From positions 1,254,142 to 1,318,141 of the forward strand of contig CAVVPN010000012.1 of assembly GCA_963750165.1 (NCBI GenBank): a stretch of 64,000 bases of DNA, written 5' to 3'. The stretch is from an uncultured Gemmataceae bacterium (GTDB lineage Bacteria; Planctomycetota; Planctomycetia; Gemmatales; Gemmataceae). Made by a program: the position numbers and the translations under genes. The notes beneath the pieces are model-generated. The model had not been told where the DNA came from. It saw nothing but the letters and a program-made list of their open reading frames with translations, and made no database searches. How positions within the stretch are numbered: position 1 is the stretch's first letter; each line of letters begins with the position of its first letter. Positions 9,951-23,581 of the stretch are shown piece by piece.

Positions 9951-10663
9951 TCAGGCCAGATACGCCCCGGCCGCCGCCTCCCGGTACGTCGCTTCCAGGT
10001 CCACCGTAACCTCTTGGTGGACCGTGAGCGGCAGGGGCAAGGTCGGCAGGTGGACCCCACGGCCAGCGGCCGCCGCCACACGGCCAGAAGCCGCCCCCCC
10101 GTGGCCGCGGGTTCGCCCACCCGATAACTGACGGCGAAGGGCGCCGGGAGCGGCGGCTGGTCCATTTGCAATTCCGCGGCAATACGGTTCGCGAATGAGA
10201 ACCGCCGCGGCCGGCGGTGAACGTCCACCAGCAGCAAGTTGACTCCCCGGAGCAAATAGCCCACGTAGCGCGTCGCGTAGGTGGCGCGGGCCAAGCGCCG
10301 ATCCTTGTTGCGTGGCGAGACCAACTCCACGGCCGCGATCAAATGCCCGCCGCGCTCGACCATCAAGGCCGGGTCGGGTTGCAGCACGCTCACCGCGATT
10401 TCTTCATCCGGTTCCTGCGCGGCTGCGTCGGTGGGGCTTGCGGAATCGCCATCTTCCCCGGGAAACAACTCCTCACTCAGTCGGCTGTGTACCTCCACGT
10501 CCGGCTTTTCGGCGGGCGCGCCGACGGCGAGGGTCGGTGCATAACCGACGAAAGCCCGGTATTCGGCAGGCAGACGCGGTTTCACCCAGTGGAGTAACTC
10601 CGCGATCCACAGGAGATGAACCCCTTCCCAGCCGGAACGACCTGACCACTCATGAAGCGGCAT
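9951..10663 (-). CDS. DUF4058-family (restriction-endonuclease-like fold) protein; frameshift near 10055
   Basis: MPLHEW...WEGVHLLWI, PDV, AAVELVSPRNKDR, LLLVDV; shifted frame gives LPTLPLPL...VDLEATY. Confidence 0.8.
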
Positions 10664-10810
10664 GCCTGGCCCTCCTTTTTGTCGAACTGCGACGAGTACC
10701 GCCTGGGTTGGGCCGCTGTCCTTGAACACACTAAACCCATATTTAACAGGATACCGGCGCCCTGCGCTGCCTGCCACAGGGTTCGGTCAACGTCCGACGG
10801 AGACGCGCTC

Positions 10811-11691
10811 GTGAAGCCCGTGCTGAAACTCGTGCTGTCGTGCTCGGTCCTCGCTTCCCTGTGGCTCGCCGCCATTCACGGCCCCGAAAGCGGCGCCGCC
10901 AGCCAGGGCGGCGGCGAAGTCACCCTCATCCTCAAGCTGCCCAAGAGCAAGGAATACCCCGAGCGCAACGCGGCGCCAAACTGATCATCGACGGCAAGGA
11001 CCACACCGAGCCGAAGGACACGTTGCGCACCGTCAAGCTGCCGCTCAGGGCGGGCCAAACCACCGTCGCAATTGCTTACGGCTTCTGGCCGAACAATTAT
11101 ACCAACATCGTCCGCCCCCGGACGCTCAAGGTCGAGCCGGGCAAGGTCTACACCGTGGACCTGAACCGCGAGGATCTCGAGCAGCGCGACCATGTGGAGG
11201 TGATCTACGTGCCGACGCCGAACAAGGTGGTGGACGAGATGCTGAAGATGGCGCAGGTGGGGCCGAACGACGTGGTCTGGGACATCGGCTGTGGCGACGG
11301 CCGGCTGGTGCTCATGGCGGTGGAACAGTACGGCGCCAGGCGGGGTATCGGCATCGACATTAGCCCGCAGCGGATCGAGGAGTCCAACAAGAACGCCCGG
11401 CTGTCGAAGGTGAAGGACCGCGTGGATTTCAAGGTCGGCGACGCCCTGAAGTTGACGGACGTGTCCGAGGCGTCAGTGGTGCTGCTGTACGTCGGCAAGG
11501 AGATCAATCTGCGGCTGCGGCCGATCCTGCAGAAGACGCTCAAGCCGGGGTCGCGCGTCGTGTCGCACCGCTTCACCATGGGCGACTGGAAGCCGGACGA
11601 GACCCGCAAACTGAAGGCCAAGAACAACCTCGGCGAGACCGACGAGTACGAGTTGCACCTCTGGACGATCCGGGGGCAGAAAGCGAAGTAA
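10811..11691 (+). CDS. Signal peptide + TIGR03000-like domain + class I SAM methyltransferase; frameshift near 10975
   Basis: IYVPTP..VVDEML, WDIGCGDGR, LKPGSRVVSHRF. Confidence 0.8.
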
Positions 11692-11692
11692 C

Positions 11693-12118
11693 GTGTTGAC
11701 CGCCGAGAACGTCATCCTCACACTCAAGGTCGCGGTGATCGCGGTCACGGTGCTGCTGATCGCGTCGCTGATCGCCCTGTCGCGCGGCCGCTACCACCTG
11801 CACGGCCGCATCAATATGGTCTTCTTCGCCCTGACCGTCACGGCCCTGTTCGGCCTGGAAGTCGTGGTCCGCCTCATCGACCCCAAAATGTTTGAGGAGT
11901 TCTTCGACCGCACCGATGCCTGGACGAAGCTGTATATCCACCTGGCGTTTTCCATGCCGGCGACACTGCTGCTGGTGGGCATGCTCTACACCGGCCTCAA
12001 GCGGCGGCGCACGCTGCACTACCGAATGGGGCTGGTGTTCCTGGTTTTCTGGATCGGCACCTTCATCACGGGCGTGTTTTTCCTGCCGCACCAGGGGCCG
12101 CCACAGGGGCCACCATGA
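11693..12118 (+). CDS. DUF420-like membrane protein
   Basis: Four TM helices with spaced His residues (LHGRIN, YIHL, LHYRMG). Confidence 0.65.
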   Translation: MLTAENVILTLKVAVIAVTVLLIASLIALSRGRYHLHGRINMVFFALTVTALFGLEVVVRLIDPKMFEEFFDRTDAWTKLYIHLAFSMPATLLLVGMLYTGLKRRRTLHYRMGLVFLVFWIGTFITGVFFLPHQGPPQGPP

Positions 12119-12716
12119 CCGAACCGGGCCAAACCTTCTCGGACCTGCTGCACCAACCGTCCGGCTGGCAGGCAGACGAACCCGTGGAGCCGACGCCGCC
12201 GGCACCGCTGCGCATCGTCGAGGCGCTGCTGTTCGTCGGCGGGCCGCCGTTGACGGCGGCGCGAGCGCGCGAGATCGTCCGCGGTCTGACGGAGGAGCAA
12301 TTCTTGCAGGCGGTCGAGCGGCTCAACCACGACTACCGCCGTCAGAACCGGCCGTACCTGATTCAGCCGCAGGACTCGGGCCACGTGCTGACGCTGCGGC
12401 CGCGGCACCGGCCGGTGCTGGACCGGCTGTACGGCTCGATGCGTGAGGCCCGGCTGTCAAACGTCGCGGTGGACGTGCTGGCGCTGGTCGCATACCGTCA
12501 ACCGGCGACCAGGCAGGAGATCGACAGCCTGCGCGGCGCCGAGTCCGGGCGCTACTGCGGCAGTTGCAGCGCCGCGGCCTGATCGCCGTGGTGCAGCGTG
12601 CCGACGCCGAGGCAGTGCGCGAGGTTTCCTACGGCACGACGCCGCGCTTCCTGGAACTGTTCGGGCTGAACAGCCTGGAAGATTTGCCGCGGACACAGGA
12701 CCTGCAGCAGATTTGA
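12115..12716 (+). CDS. scpB: SMC-Scp complex subunit ScpB; frameshift near 12550
   Basis: IVEALLFV, LALVAYRQPATRQEIDSLRG; shifted frame gives YGTTPRFLELFGLNSLEDLP. Confidence 0.85.
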
Positions 12717-12825
12717 AAACGGATTCACCACAAAGACACAAAGAGCACCAAGAAGACCGAAGATTGATTTATCAACTCTTTTTGTCTTCTTGGTGCTCTT
12801 TTTGTCTTTGTGGTAAATCCGTTTT
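12717..12825. repeat. Long intergenic inverted repeat (ACCACAAAGACACAAAG class)
   Basis: aaacggattcaccacaaagacacaaagagcaccaagaagac...gtcttcttggtgctctttttgtctttgtggtaaatccgttt. Confidence 0.85.
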
Positions 12826-13687
12826 ATGCTCGCGCCAAGAACTCGCGGACGGCCTCGGCGTACAGTTCCTGGAGCCGTCGCGTCACCGGCCCCGGCCGGC
12901 CAGCGCCGACCGGCTGGCCGTCCACGCGCACGATCGGCAGAATCTCCGAGGTCGTGCCGGTCAGGAACAGTTCCGAAACCTGGCGCAGCTGGCCGCGCTG
13001 CAGGTACTGCTCGCGAGCCGGGAGGTCCGCCTTTTTGGCCAGTCGCAGGATCAAGTTGCGCGTCATGCCGGGCAGAATCTGCGAACTGTTCGGGCTCGTC
13101 AGCAGGTAGCCGTCCAGCACCGCGAAGAAGCTGCTGTGCGTCGCCTCGGTCATGGTGCCGTCCGGCAGATACAGCAGCGCCTCATGACAGCCCGCCTCGA
13201 TGGCGTTTTGATAGGCCAGGATGTTGCCCAGCAGGTTCGTCGTCTTGATGTCGCAGCGCTCCCAGCGCAGGTCCGGCTGTGTGACGACCGTGACGCCCTC
13301 CTGCCGCTTCGGCGGATAGGGGTCGATGAACTCCTGCACCCACAAAAACTCCGTCGGCGTCGCATTCGTGGGAAAGGCGTGGTTGCGTGGAGCCACGCCG
13401 CGCGTCACCTGGAGGTAAATCATCGCCTCGGCGAAACCGCTCGCGCGCAGTGTGTCCAGCAGCCGCTGTCGCAACCGCGGCAGGTCCACGCCGGTGATGC
13501 GCAGCGCCTGCAGGCTGCGCGTCAGCCGATCCCAGTGCTCCTCCAGCAGCCACGGCTTGCCGCCGTAAACGCGCAACACCTCGTACACCGAGTCGCCGAA
13601 GAGGAAGCCGCGGTCCAGCGCGGATACCTTGACCTCGGTCAGCGGCAGCTGTTCGCCGTTGAGATTCGCCAGCGCGGGACGGGTCAT
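12824..13687 (-). CDS. dat: D-amino acid aminotransferase (class IV PLP)
   Basis: DRGFLFGDSVYEV, YLQVTRG, CDIKTTNLL, ILPGMTR. Confidence 0.8.
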   Translation of the reverse strand: MTRPALANLNGEQLPLTEVKVSALDRGFLFGDSVYEVLRVYGGKPWLLEEHWDRLTRSLQALRITGVDLPRLRQRLLDTLRASGFAEAMIYLQVTRGVAPRNHAFPTNATPTEFLWVQEFIDPYPPKRQEGVTVVTQPDLRWERCDIKTTNLLGNILAYQNAIEAGCHEALLYLPDGTMTEATHSSFFAVLDGYLLTSPNSSQILPGMTRNLILRLAKKADLPAREQYLQRGQLRQVSELFLTGTTSEILPIVRVDGQPVGAGRPGPVTRRLQELYAEAVREFLARA

Positions 13688-14445
13688 GGGCTCTCCTGAG
13701 GTTCGAGACAGGGCGCGGCCGGGGCCGGGGCGGGACGGATCGCGGTGGCCGGCGCGGCTCGCAGGCGCAGCGTGAACTTGGTGCCGCGCTCCGGCTCGCT
13801 CTCCACGGCGATGCTGCCGCCGTGCGCCTCCACGATGCGCCGCGTCGTCGGCAGGCCCAGGCCGGTGCCGCCCTTCTTGGTCGAGAAAAACGGCTCGAAG
13901 ATGCGAGCCCGCACCCCCGGCGGCATACCCTGGCCGGTGTCGATGAAGCTGAGGCACACAACCGGACAGCCATCGGCCCCGGCCGGTTCGCAGGCGGCCT
14001 GGATGGTCAGTTCGCCGCCCTCGGGCATCGCCTGTTCGGCGTTGAGCATCAGGTTGAGCAGGGCCTGCTTGAACATGTCGGCGTGCAGCAGCACCGGCGG
14101 CAGGTCCGCGGGCAGGTAGGGCTTGATGTCGATGTTGGCGGCGCGGGCGGTCGGTGTGAAGAAATCGAGCATCTCCTCGATCACCTTGGCCAGATCCGTC
14201 GGCAGCAGGTCCAGGGCCTTGATGCGGGCGAAGCGCAGAAAGTCGTTGGACAGCAGGACAAGGCGATCACACTCGCCTTGCAGACGCTGGACGCGCGTCA
14301 GGGCGCGGTGCTCGCGCTGGCTCTGCGGCTCCTGGAAGTCCTCGGCCAGCAGTTGCAGATTGAGCCCAAGTGTGCTCAGGTGGTTCTTGATCTCGTGGAT
14401 GAACCCGCCCGCCAACTCGGCCAACTCGTGATAGTGTGCGTTCAT
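13684..14445 (-). CDS. Cytoplasmic histidine kinase (HisKA + HATPase)
   Basis: Own ATG (MNAHYHEL); HEIKN H-box, NLMLNAEQAM, DTGQG, PFFSTKKGGTGLGL. Confidence 0.85.
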   Translation of the reverse strand: MNAHYHELAELAGGFIHEIKNHLSTLGLNLQLLAEDFQEPQSQREHRALTRVQRLQGECDRLVLLSNDFLRFARIKALDLLPTDLAKVIEEMLDFFTPTARAANIDIKPYLPADLPPVLLHADMFKQALLNLMLNAEQAMPEGGELTIQAACEPAGADGCPVVCLSFIDTGQGMPPGVRARIFEPFFSTKKGGTGLGLPTTRRIVEAHGGSIAVESEPERGTKFTLRLRAAPATAIRPAPAPAAPCLEPQESP

Positions 14446-14460
14446 GAGGGGTAATGATGC

Positions 14461-14533
14461 GGGCCGTCCTGGCTGCCGTTTGCGGCTGAGCGGGTTGGAA
14501 GCGCTAAGCTGCAAGCGGCAGCCAGGACGGCCC
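14461..14533. repeat. REP-like inverted repeat between pnp and the kinase
   Basis: gggccgtcctggctgccgtttgcggc ... gctgcaagcggcagccaggacggccc. Confidence 0.8.
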
Positions 14534-14542
14534 GACGCCGGC

Positions 14543-16719
<2,177 letters not shown>

Positions 16720-16860
16720 GGTACATCCCTCATCATGCGCCGGCAGAACAGCCGCAGAGGTGGTGAGGATCTTTTTGTCCGTGGTCCGTGGCCAGCCGGG
16801 TTGCAGCCGCAGATAATCGTCTCGGCGCTCGAACCCGGCTGGCAACGAACAACGGACCAA

Positions 16861-17130
16861 CTACTTGCGCAGCCCGAGTTTGCCGATGACCGCGAGGTAG
16901 CGGTTGCGGTCCTGGTTGCGCAGATAGGTCAATAGCCCGGACCGCTTGCTCACCATCATCAGCAAGCCGCGCCGACTGGCGTGGTCTTTCTTGTGCGTGC
17001 GCAGATGCTCGGTCAGTTCGGTGATGCGCGCGGTGAGCAGTGCGACCTGCACCTCGGGCGAGCCCGTGTCGGTCGGTTCGCGCCGGAACTGGTCAATGAT
17101 CTCGGTCTTGCGGTCCTTCGTAATCGCCAT
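16861..17130 (-). CDS. rpsO: 30S ribosomal protein S15
   Basis: [25 protein letters not shown]; conserved rpsO-pnp order. Confidence 0.97.
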   Translation of the reverse strand: MAITKDRKTEIIDQFRREPTDTGSPEVQVALLTARITELTEHLRTHKKDHASRRGLLMMVSKRSGLLTYLRNQDRNRYLAVIGKLGLRK

Positions 17131-17260
17131 TTCAGTCCTCGCCACCTCCGACGGATAGGTTCTGCCTTGAGATTCCGAAAACATCGAAACACTTATTGAT
17201 TTAGTGAATGTAGCAGCAGCAGGCGAGATGGCAAGGGGGATTTTGTCCGCCCGTGGGTTT

Positions 17261-17328
17261 GGCGAGCGGCGCGGCGTCAGCCCGCCGGTACTGCACAACA
17301 CCGGCGGGCTGACGCCGCGCCGCTCGCC
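17261..17328. repeat. REP-like inverted repeat (29-bp arms)
   Basis: ggcgagcggcgcggcgtcagcccgccggt ... accggcgggctgacgccgcgccgctcgcc. Confidence 0.85.
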
Positions 17329-17337
17329 GGAAATGCA

Positions 17338-18351
17338 TCAGAACGGAATCTCGTCCCGGCCGCCGCGCGGCCCGCGCGCCTGGTTGCGCAGCGCCCCGAA
17401 GCCCATGCCGCCGGGCCGGTCGAATTCGCGGCTCGACGGGCTCTGGTCGTCCAGCGAGCGCAGCAGCTTGACCGTATCCTCCAGCGTGTTCCCCAGGCAC
17501 GCCACGCTGATGACCAGTTCCGCCAGCGCCGCGAACGACAGCCCCTCCGTCAGCGTCACCCATCGCAACATGTCTGCCGCCGACAACTCCGGCAACTTCT
17601 TGCCGAGGTACACCTCACGGATGCGCACCGGCGGCGCCTCGATCTTGATGATGCGGTCGAAGCGGCGCGGTCGCGACACGATGCGCCGGTCCAGCCGCTC
17701 CGGGTAGTTCGTGGTGGCGATGTTGATGACCTTGTTGATCTGGTGCGAGCCGTCCAGCCACTGCAACAACTCACTGTCGCCGTGCATCTCAATGACCGCG
17801 TCGATGTCCTCAAACATGCAGATCAGTGGCCGATCCGGCTCGACCTTGCGGAACAGTTCCATGGCGCGCGTCAGCACGCCGGGGTGCTCGCAGAAGACGG
17901 CGACATGGCCGGCCTTGATGATGCGGTGGACGACCTGATGCACGACCGAGCTTTTGCCCGCGCCCTGCGGCCCGTAGAGCAGGTAGCCGCGGCGGTGCAG
18001 GTAACCGTAGCGCTCGAACTTCTCGCCCAGGGCCCAGAAGTTTTCGATTTCATGGAGGATTTGCGACGGCAGGCTGTCGGCGAAGTCGATCAGGTCATCG
18101 ACTTGCAGGTCCTTGGCGGCGAGTTGGGGTTCGCCGTACTGGTTGATGCTGCAACCATAGGCCCCCGCGGGCAGTTTCCGGAAGGTGGTGCCACACGCCT
18201 CGAAGACACCCGGCAAAGCCACTTTCCACTGAATGGGCAGCATCGGCGTCTCGTGCGAGCCGTAGATGCTGGAGCCGGCGAAGTGGTTGTTGTCGGTGTG
18301 CGCAGGCCGTGCGTTGGCATCGCACTGCGTGCCAAAGTCGTTCAAATCCAT
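17338..18351 (-). CDS. AAA+ family ATPase
   Basis: RRGYLLYGPQGAGKS (Walker A), MFEDID (Walker B), TTNYPERLD...RPRRFD. Confidence 0.9.
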   Translation of the reverse strand: MDLNDFGTQCDANARPAHTDNNHFAGSSIYGSHETPMLPIQWKVALPGVFEACGTTFRKLPAGAYGCSINQYGEPQLAAKDLQVDDLIDFADSLPSQILHEIENFWALGEKFERYGYLHRRGYLLYGPQGAGKSSVVHQVVHRIIKAGHVAVFCEHPGVLTRAMELFRKVEPDRPLICMFEDIDAVIEMHGDSELLQWLDGSHQINKVINIATTNYPERLDRRIVSRPRRFDRIIKIEAPPVRIREVYLGKKLPELSAADMLRWVTLTEGLSFAALAELVISVACLGNTLEDTVKLLRSLDDQSPSSREFDRPGGMGFGALRNQARGPRGGRDEIPF

Positions 18352-18462
18352 GGATGCTCCAGCCGAGGTGGTGAGCTCGAGTCTACCTCCCCTTCTGAGC
18401 TATCACGCCGGAGCGCCTCTGTCAAGAACGCATTGCGCGGATTACGCAAATTGCGCCAACGG

Positions 18463-18590
18463 TCAACCTTTTTTGCGCAGCCGGGCCAGGTCCAGCAGGC
18501 AAAACGCCGTCGAGCCGAATGGGCTGACAAGCAGTTGCGTGCCGTCGGGCGAAAAGGCCGCGGCGCGAATGGCAGGACGGTTTTGCAGAG
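18463..18590 (-). pseudogene. Possible WD40-repeat C-terminal fragment
   Basis: IRAAAFSPDGTQLLVS...LLDL with no upstream gene body. Confidence 0.35.
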
Positions 18591-18617
18591 TTGACCTGCC
18601 AGTTGCCCGGCCTGCCC

Positions 18618-18689
18618 CAAGGGCGCCCAATCTCGACGTGTGAAAAAGTTGGCGTTCTTGGCGTCCTTGGCGTCCTTGATCTGACAACC
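18618..18689 (+). repeat. 72-bp repeat, copy 1 (contains three 9-bp TTGGCGTYC-type units)
   Basis: caagggcgcccaatctcgacgtgtgaaaaagttggcgttcttggcgtccttggcgtccttgatctgacaacc. Confidence 0.9.
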
Positions 18690-18729
18690 GCCGCCGGTGG
18701 TGGTCGCGCCGTGCCAGCCGCACGGGGCC

Positions 18730-18788
18730 AGGGCGCCGATTCTCGACGTGTGAAAAAGTTGGCCCCCTTGGCCCCCTTGGCCCCCTTG
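18730..18788 (+). repeat. 72-bp repeat, diverged tandem copy 2
   Basis: agggcgccgattctcgacgtgtgaaaaag followed by (ttggccccc)x3. Confidence 0.85.
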
Positions 18789-18875
18789 CTGCGACAGCGC
18801 AGGCCCCTGCTGGTCAGGCCGTGCCCGTCGTCCCCTCCGTGCGCGAACCGCCTGGGAACCGCTTTGGGACGTGGC

Positions 18876-21800
18876 TCATTTCCAGGAGGTTTCGCGCTCG
18901 CCGTCCAGGTCGCGCAATGCCGTCTGTAATTCTCTTGCCAGCGCCTGGCGCTGGTCCACCGAACAGGGACTCGGTGCCTCGCTCTCGGTCACGCGCAGGG
19001 CCGCCGAGAGCACGATCAGGGCTTTGACCTTGTGCCCCAGACCGGCGTAGGCTCGTCCCAGGTGCAGCCCCATCCGGGGGTCGCGCGGGTGACGCCGACA
19101 GGCAGCCTCATACAGGTCGCCCATCTGCGGATACAGACTTGCCTTGCCGAGTGCGTGGTACACATCCCCGAGGGTGTCCAGCACCTCCGGCCGCAGGTGA
19201 TGGGCGGCCGGAAACCCGTGGCCCGTCGCCAGGGCGCGGTGCAGCACCTGGTAGGCGGCGGTCGGGTCGCGGTACTCGCGGACCAGGAGCCAGGCCAGGT
19301 TGTTCGCCGCCTCCGTCTGTCTCGGGTTGCGGTCGAGGACAGCGGTGTACACCTGCCGGGCCTGTGCCGCCCACCTCACACGATCCGACCCGGCGGACTC
19401 CGCCAGCCGGGCCAAGTACACATCCCCCAGCAGCAACCGTGCGTCCTCGGACTCCGGCTGCTCCGCCAACACCTTCTGACAGCCGAACTCGGCCACGTCC
19501 CAGGCGTGTCCCGCCAGGAAGCCGTTGGCCAGCAGCAGCAGGGTTCGACAGCGACCGTCCTTGCCCGCTTCAGGAGTGGACTGCTGGAGATAGAAGTCGT
19601 TGGCCAATTCCCGGGCCTTCGCTGTCAAGCCGGCCCGCGCCAGCAACCGCACCTGCGCCTGGACAGCCAGCGCGTCCTGCGGCAGCGCCCGCCGCCAGCG
19701 TTGCACCCAGCGGTTGGCCGCCCTGAAATCCTGCTGATGTTCCAGCGCTTCGACCAGCCGGGCGTAGCCGGCCGCGCACGTGGGCTGCCGGGCGAGCAGG
19801 GCTTCGTAGGTGCTCACGGCGGCCGCAAACTTCCCCTGTCGCCGCTCCAGTTCGGCCCGGAGCAGGAACGGCTGAGGATCTCGGGGGAACAGCTTGACCA
19901 GGGTAGTCGCCCTGTCCCACCCGTCAGCGAGCACGGACGGATCATGGGATTCGAGGGCCAGCTGGGCGGCCAGGGTCATCAGTCCGGGATGGTTGGGAAA
20001 TTCCCGCAAGGCCCGGCAAGCCTCGGCACGGGCGTGGTCAGGACGGTCGGCCGCCAGCCAGAACTGGGCGCGCGTGAGGGGGCCGTTGACCCAGTCGCGC
20101 TGCTCCCGGCGGACGGCCTGCTCCCAGGCGTGCAGTGCCGAGGCCAGGTCGGAGCCATCGGTCGTCGGGTTGTCCGGGTCTCCCAGGTCATCGAGTTGCA
20201 GGGCGGCAAAGGCGGTCCCGAGTAACAGACTCGGTTCCTCGGGACGCCGATTCCGCAGTGCGCGGGTGAGCCGCCGGGCCTGGTTCGGGTCGTGTTGGGC
20301 GAGGGTGAAGAGCGTGTGGAGCAACCCCTGCCGGGCCACGTCGCGCACCCGGGCAAACTCAAGGGCTTCGGTAAACGACCGCGCCGCCCCATCCAGATCG
20401 CCAGCGGTCAGGGCCAGCCAGGCGGCATCACAGTGAGCATCCCCTTCCTGTCGATCCGCCCCGGGAGTGGCAGGGTTGGCCACGGCCTTTGGCACCAGGT
20501 TGTCCGTGCCGTTGAGTCGGTTCAGGACGGCCGCTGCCTTGCCCCCCTGATGACTCCGGGCGAGGGCTGCTGCCCGGAGGCGCAACACTTCCGGGCGCCC
20601 CGCAGCCGCCTTGAGTGGCGGGGCTCGGTCGAGGTGGCCGAGTGCCTCCGCCGACCGGCCGGCGGCGGTCAGCCACTCCACCCAGAGGAAATGACCGTGG
20701 AGGTCGTCCGGGTGGTTCTGGAGAAATTGTTTGAACAGAGCCTCGGGAGATGCGCTCCCTTTGGACGGAGATTTGGCCAAGAGGGCGACCCGCAGCCGGA
20801 GCACGTCGGCGTCGGCCGGGTAAGACGCCTGCAGGTGATTGACCTCCACCTCGGCAAGGTCCAGCCTGCCGAAGCGCAGTTGATGGGCCGCCAACCCGAG
20901 CCGCGCCCGCCGGTCCTGCGGTCCCGGGGTCGGCAGCCGTTCCAGGAGTCGGGAAGCGTCCGCCTCATACTGCCGGATGCGCTTCAGGGTCGCCGCCCGC
21001 AACGCCGGGTCGCGCGGGGGCTGTTGATACAGCCCTGTGGCTCTGAACCAGGCGGCGTCGAGGCGGGCCTGGATTTCCAGTGCTAGCAGGTCCGCGGGGT
21101 CACCCACGAACACCTTCACCCAGGTCTGTTCCTCGGGCAGCAACCGCTCGAAGCGGGCCAGGGCCCCGTGGACCGGTTCGAGGTGTTCCAGGGCTTTTTC
21201 CGGCTGACCCAGTTCCAGCCACACCCGGGCCAGGACCACTCGGGACCGCAGAGCCAGTGCCCCGGCGTCCAGCCGTTCTGCCTCCCGCAGTGCCGCGGCG
21301 GCTTTCTCCAACCGCCCTTCCCGGAAGTACAGCGCCCCCTGGATGAGATGGGCCTGCACTGCGCCCGGCGTCTTTCACTCCCCGAAGGGCGTCCAGGTGT
21401 GGGGCGACCGTGGGCCCGGGTTTGCCCGCCAGAAGCTGGAGTTCCGCGGCCCGCGCGTGCAGGGACGCCAGCTCCACGGCCGGGCGCTTCTGTGTCGTGC
21501 CGACGGCCAGGCCGGTCTCGACCCACTGAAGGGCGGCCGGCACCGTGTCCTTGACCGAGCCCTGCTGACCCTCCCGGCGGATCACGTCCGCCAGCACTCC
21601 GTAGGACGCCGGCAACCCACCGTGCCGGTTCACCGCCCGGTTCGCCATCGCCTCAAGCCGTTTCAGTTCCCGGCCCCAGGCGTCCCGGTTCGCGGCCGCG
21701 GCGTAGGGCTGAGCGCGGGCACACACCGTCAGCGCCGCAGCCAGGGCCTCCGCCTCTCGTTCTCCGCCCGCGACGGCCAGGCGGTCGGCCAGGGTCACGG

Positions 21801-22841
21801 TCGCCGTCAATGTCGATGACAGATCCCCGCGATCCGGTTTCAGAAGCCAGGCCCAGGGGGAGTGCAGATCCTGAACGCGACATTCCAGGGCCAGCCGGTG
21901 CAGTTCCAGCAGGGCCCGGGCCTCAAGCGGGCCCCACTGGTCCGGCGATTCCTGGGCGCCCGCACCAGAGGGCCAGTCGTCGGGTCAAACAACAGGCGGC
22001 GCAACGCCGCTCCCTCCCGGTTGGCCTCCGCGTCCTTGCCGGTGCGGCCGTAATAATCCGCCAGCCAGCTGTGGACCTGTGCCCGCAAGCCGACCACTCC
22101 CCAGTGGGGACGAGGCCCCGAATCCCGGAGTCGGTCCAGGTGTCCAAGCGCCGACCGCACCCGGCCAGGGCGCCGGTCCTGCCAGGGGGTCGGGGGTTGC
22201 TCGAATTCCAGCCAGGCCAGGGCAAAGCGGCCGTGAAAATGTCCATCCTCCACGTCCACCAGGCGGCGGGCGAATTTCTCCACCCGCGCCCAGCGCACTG
22301 GCCGCCATTGCAACTCGGCTCGCAGCGCTTCCAGCTGGACCTCGGTACGTCCCGGCAACCGCTCGGCTGCGTGGAACAGGCACACGAAGGCTTCCCGGCG
22401 GGACAGGTCTTCGGCCAGTTGGTTCATGTCCCGATAGGGACGGCCAGTAATGGGATCGACCGACGCGGGCAGCGGCCGGCCGACCTGTTCCGACCAGGCG
22501 TAGGCGCGGTCGCGCAGAACCTGGGCCTTGAGCCAGTAGGTTTCTCCCTCCCGGTGCAGGATAGCCTTGCGCCCCTCGTCGGTGCCCTGGTTGCGCCGCC
22601 GCTCCACCTCGTCCAGGACGCGACCGGCAAACAGCAGCGCCTCGTCGAAGGCCGTGACCGCGGCGGCCCGATCACCATTTTGCCAGGCGGCCAACCCACG
22701 CTCGTGGGCGGACTGGCAGCGCCGCAGCCACTCCTCCGGGCCCTCGGAACGGCGGTCAATCAGATGGACGGCGAAGCACAGAACCGCCGCCGCCAGGACC
22801 GCGAGCCCACCCAGTTTCAACCAGCGCCGAACGGTAGCCAT
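18876..22841 (-). CDS. Large (~1300 aa) membrane-anchored TPR protein, exosortase-associated; split by frameshifts near 21900 and 21360
   Basis: Consecutive ORFs 21840..22841, 21100..21810 and 18876..21359; N-terminal TM; TPR motifs including EAANNLAWLL and EVLDTLGDVY. Confidence 0.7.
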
Positions 22842-22858
22842 GCGGCCCTCCGGAAAAA

Positions 22859-23581
22859 TCAGGACCGTGGCGGGGCGATGTCCGTCACCCGTCGCCAGTG
22901 GATCGGAAGCGGCTCGCTACTCAGGAAAGCGTTTGCCGGCAGGTGTCGGGCACGGAGCGCCACATCCACCGCCCGCAGCAAGTCCGTCTCCACCAGAGCC
23001 ACACGCTCCGGCCCGAGGTCGGTACACACCAGTACGGTGAGACTCGGGACAGGGTGACCCACCCGCCAGTGCAGCATTTGTAGCGGAGACTGGGCGGTCG
23101 CTTCGGGGGGCATGGCGTAGTGCCAGTAGTAGATGAAGGTGTAGTGCGCCGTACCAGTACGGAACCGGTAGCGGCGCACCGCCTGCTTGCCTTTGTCCAG
23201 GGCGATGGACTGTCGCCAACCGGCGTCCTCGGGAAGTCCCTGGGCGTCCCGCAGACAGTATTCCGGGTGGTGTTTGCGGTCTTCCCCCCTGTGGGAGTAA
23301 AGGAGGTAAACCTGCGCCTCCGCATCCGAGATACCATGCCGATAGGTCCGCACCAATGTTTCGTCGGCAAAGTGCAGCGCGGGCAATTTCCCTGCGTCCG
23401 GTCTTGCCTCCCAGGCACTGGACAGTCCCTCCAGTCGCTCGGGAAAGGCAGACACCTCCCGCAACAAGCCAGCCGCCTGGACGGGGCGAACCGAGTCCAG
23501 GTGCCAGCACAGAACACGGTCCCCAAGGAGCCCGAGAGCCAGCATCCCGGCGGTCAAGACCAGTCGCGCCGACAGACTCAT
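22859..23581 (-). CDS. Exosortase-associated EpsI-family protein
   Basis: N-terminal TM, VRTY, RKHHPEYCL (HxPxxC), YYWH; overlaps the exosortase stop. Confidence 0.75.
   Translation of the reverse strand: MSLSARLVLTAGMLALGLLGDRVLCWHLDSVRPVQAAGLLREVSAFPERLEGLSSAWEARPDAGKLPALHFADETLVRTYRHGISDAEAQVYLLYSHRGEDRKHHPEYCLRDAQGLPEDAGWRQSIALDKGKQAVRRYRFRTGTAHYTFIYYWHYAMPPEATAQSPLQMLHWRVGHPVPSLTVLVCTDLGPERVALVETDLLRAVDVALRARHLPANAFLSSEPLPIHWRRVTDIAPPRS

Noticed and set aside
17131..17260. S15 autoregulatory leader RNA
   Set aside because: The location is plausible but I could not identify a supporting structure
18618..18790. Possible CRISPR array
   Set aside because: Only two tandem units plus a distant inverted copy, no unique spacer series and no cas genes
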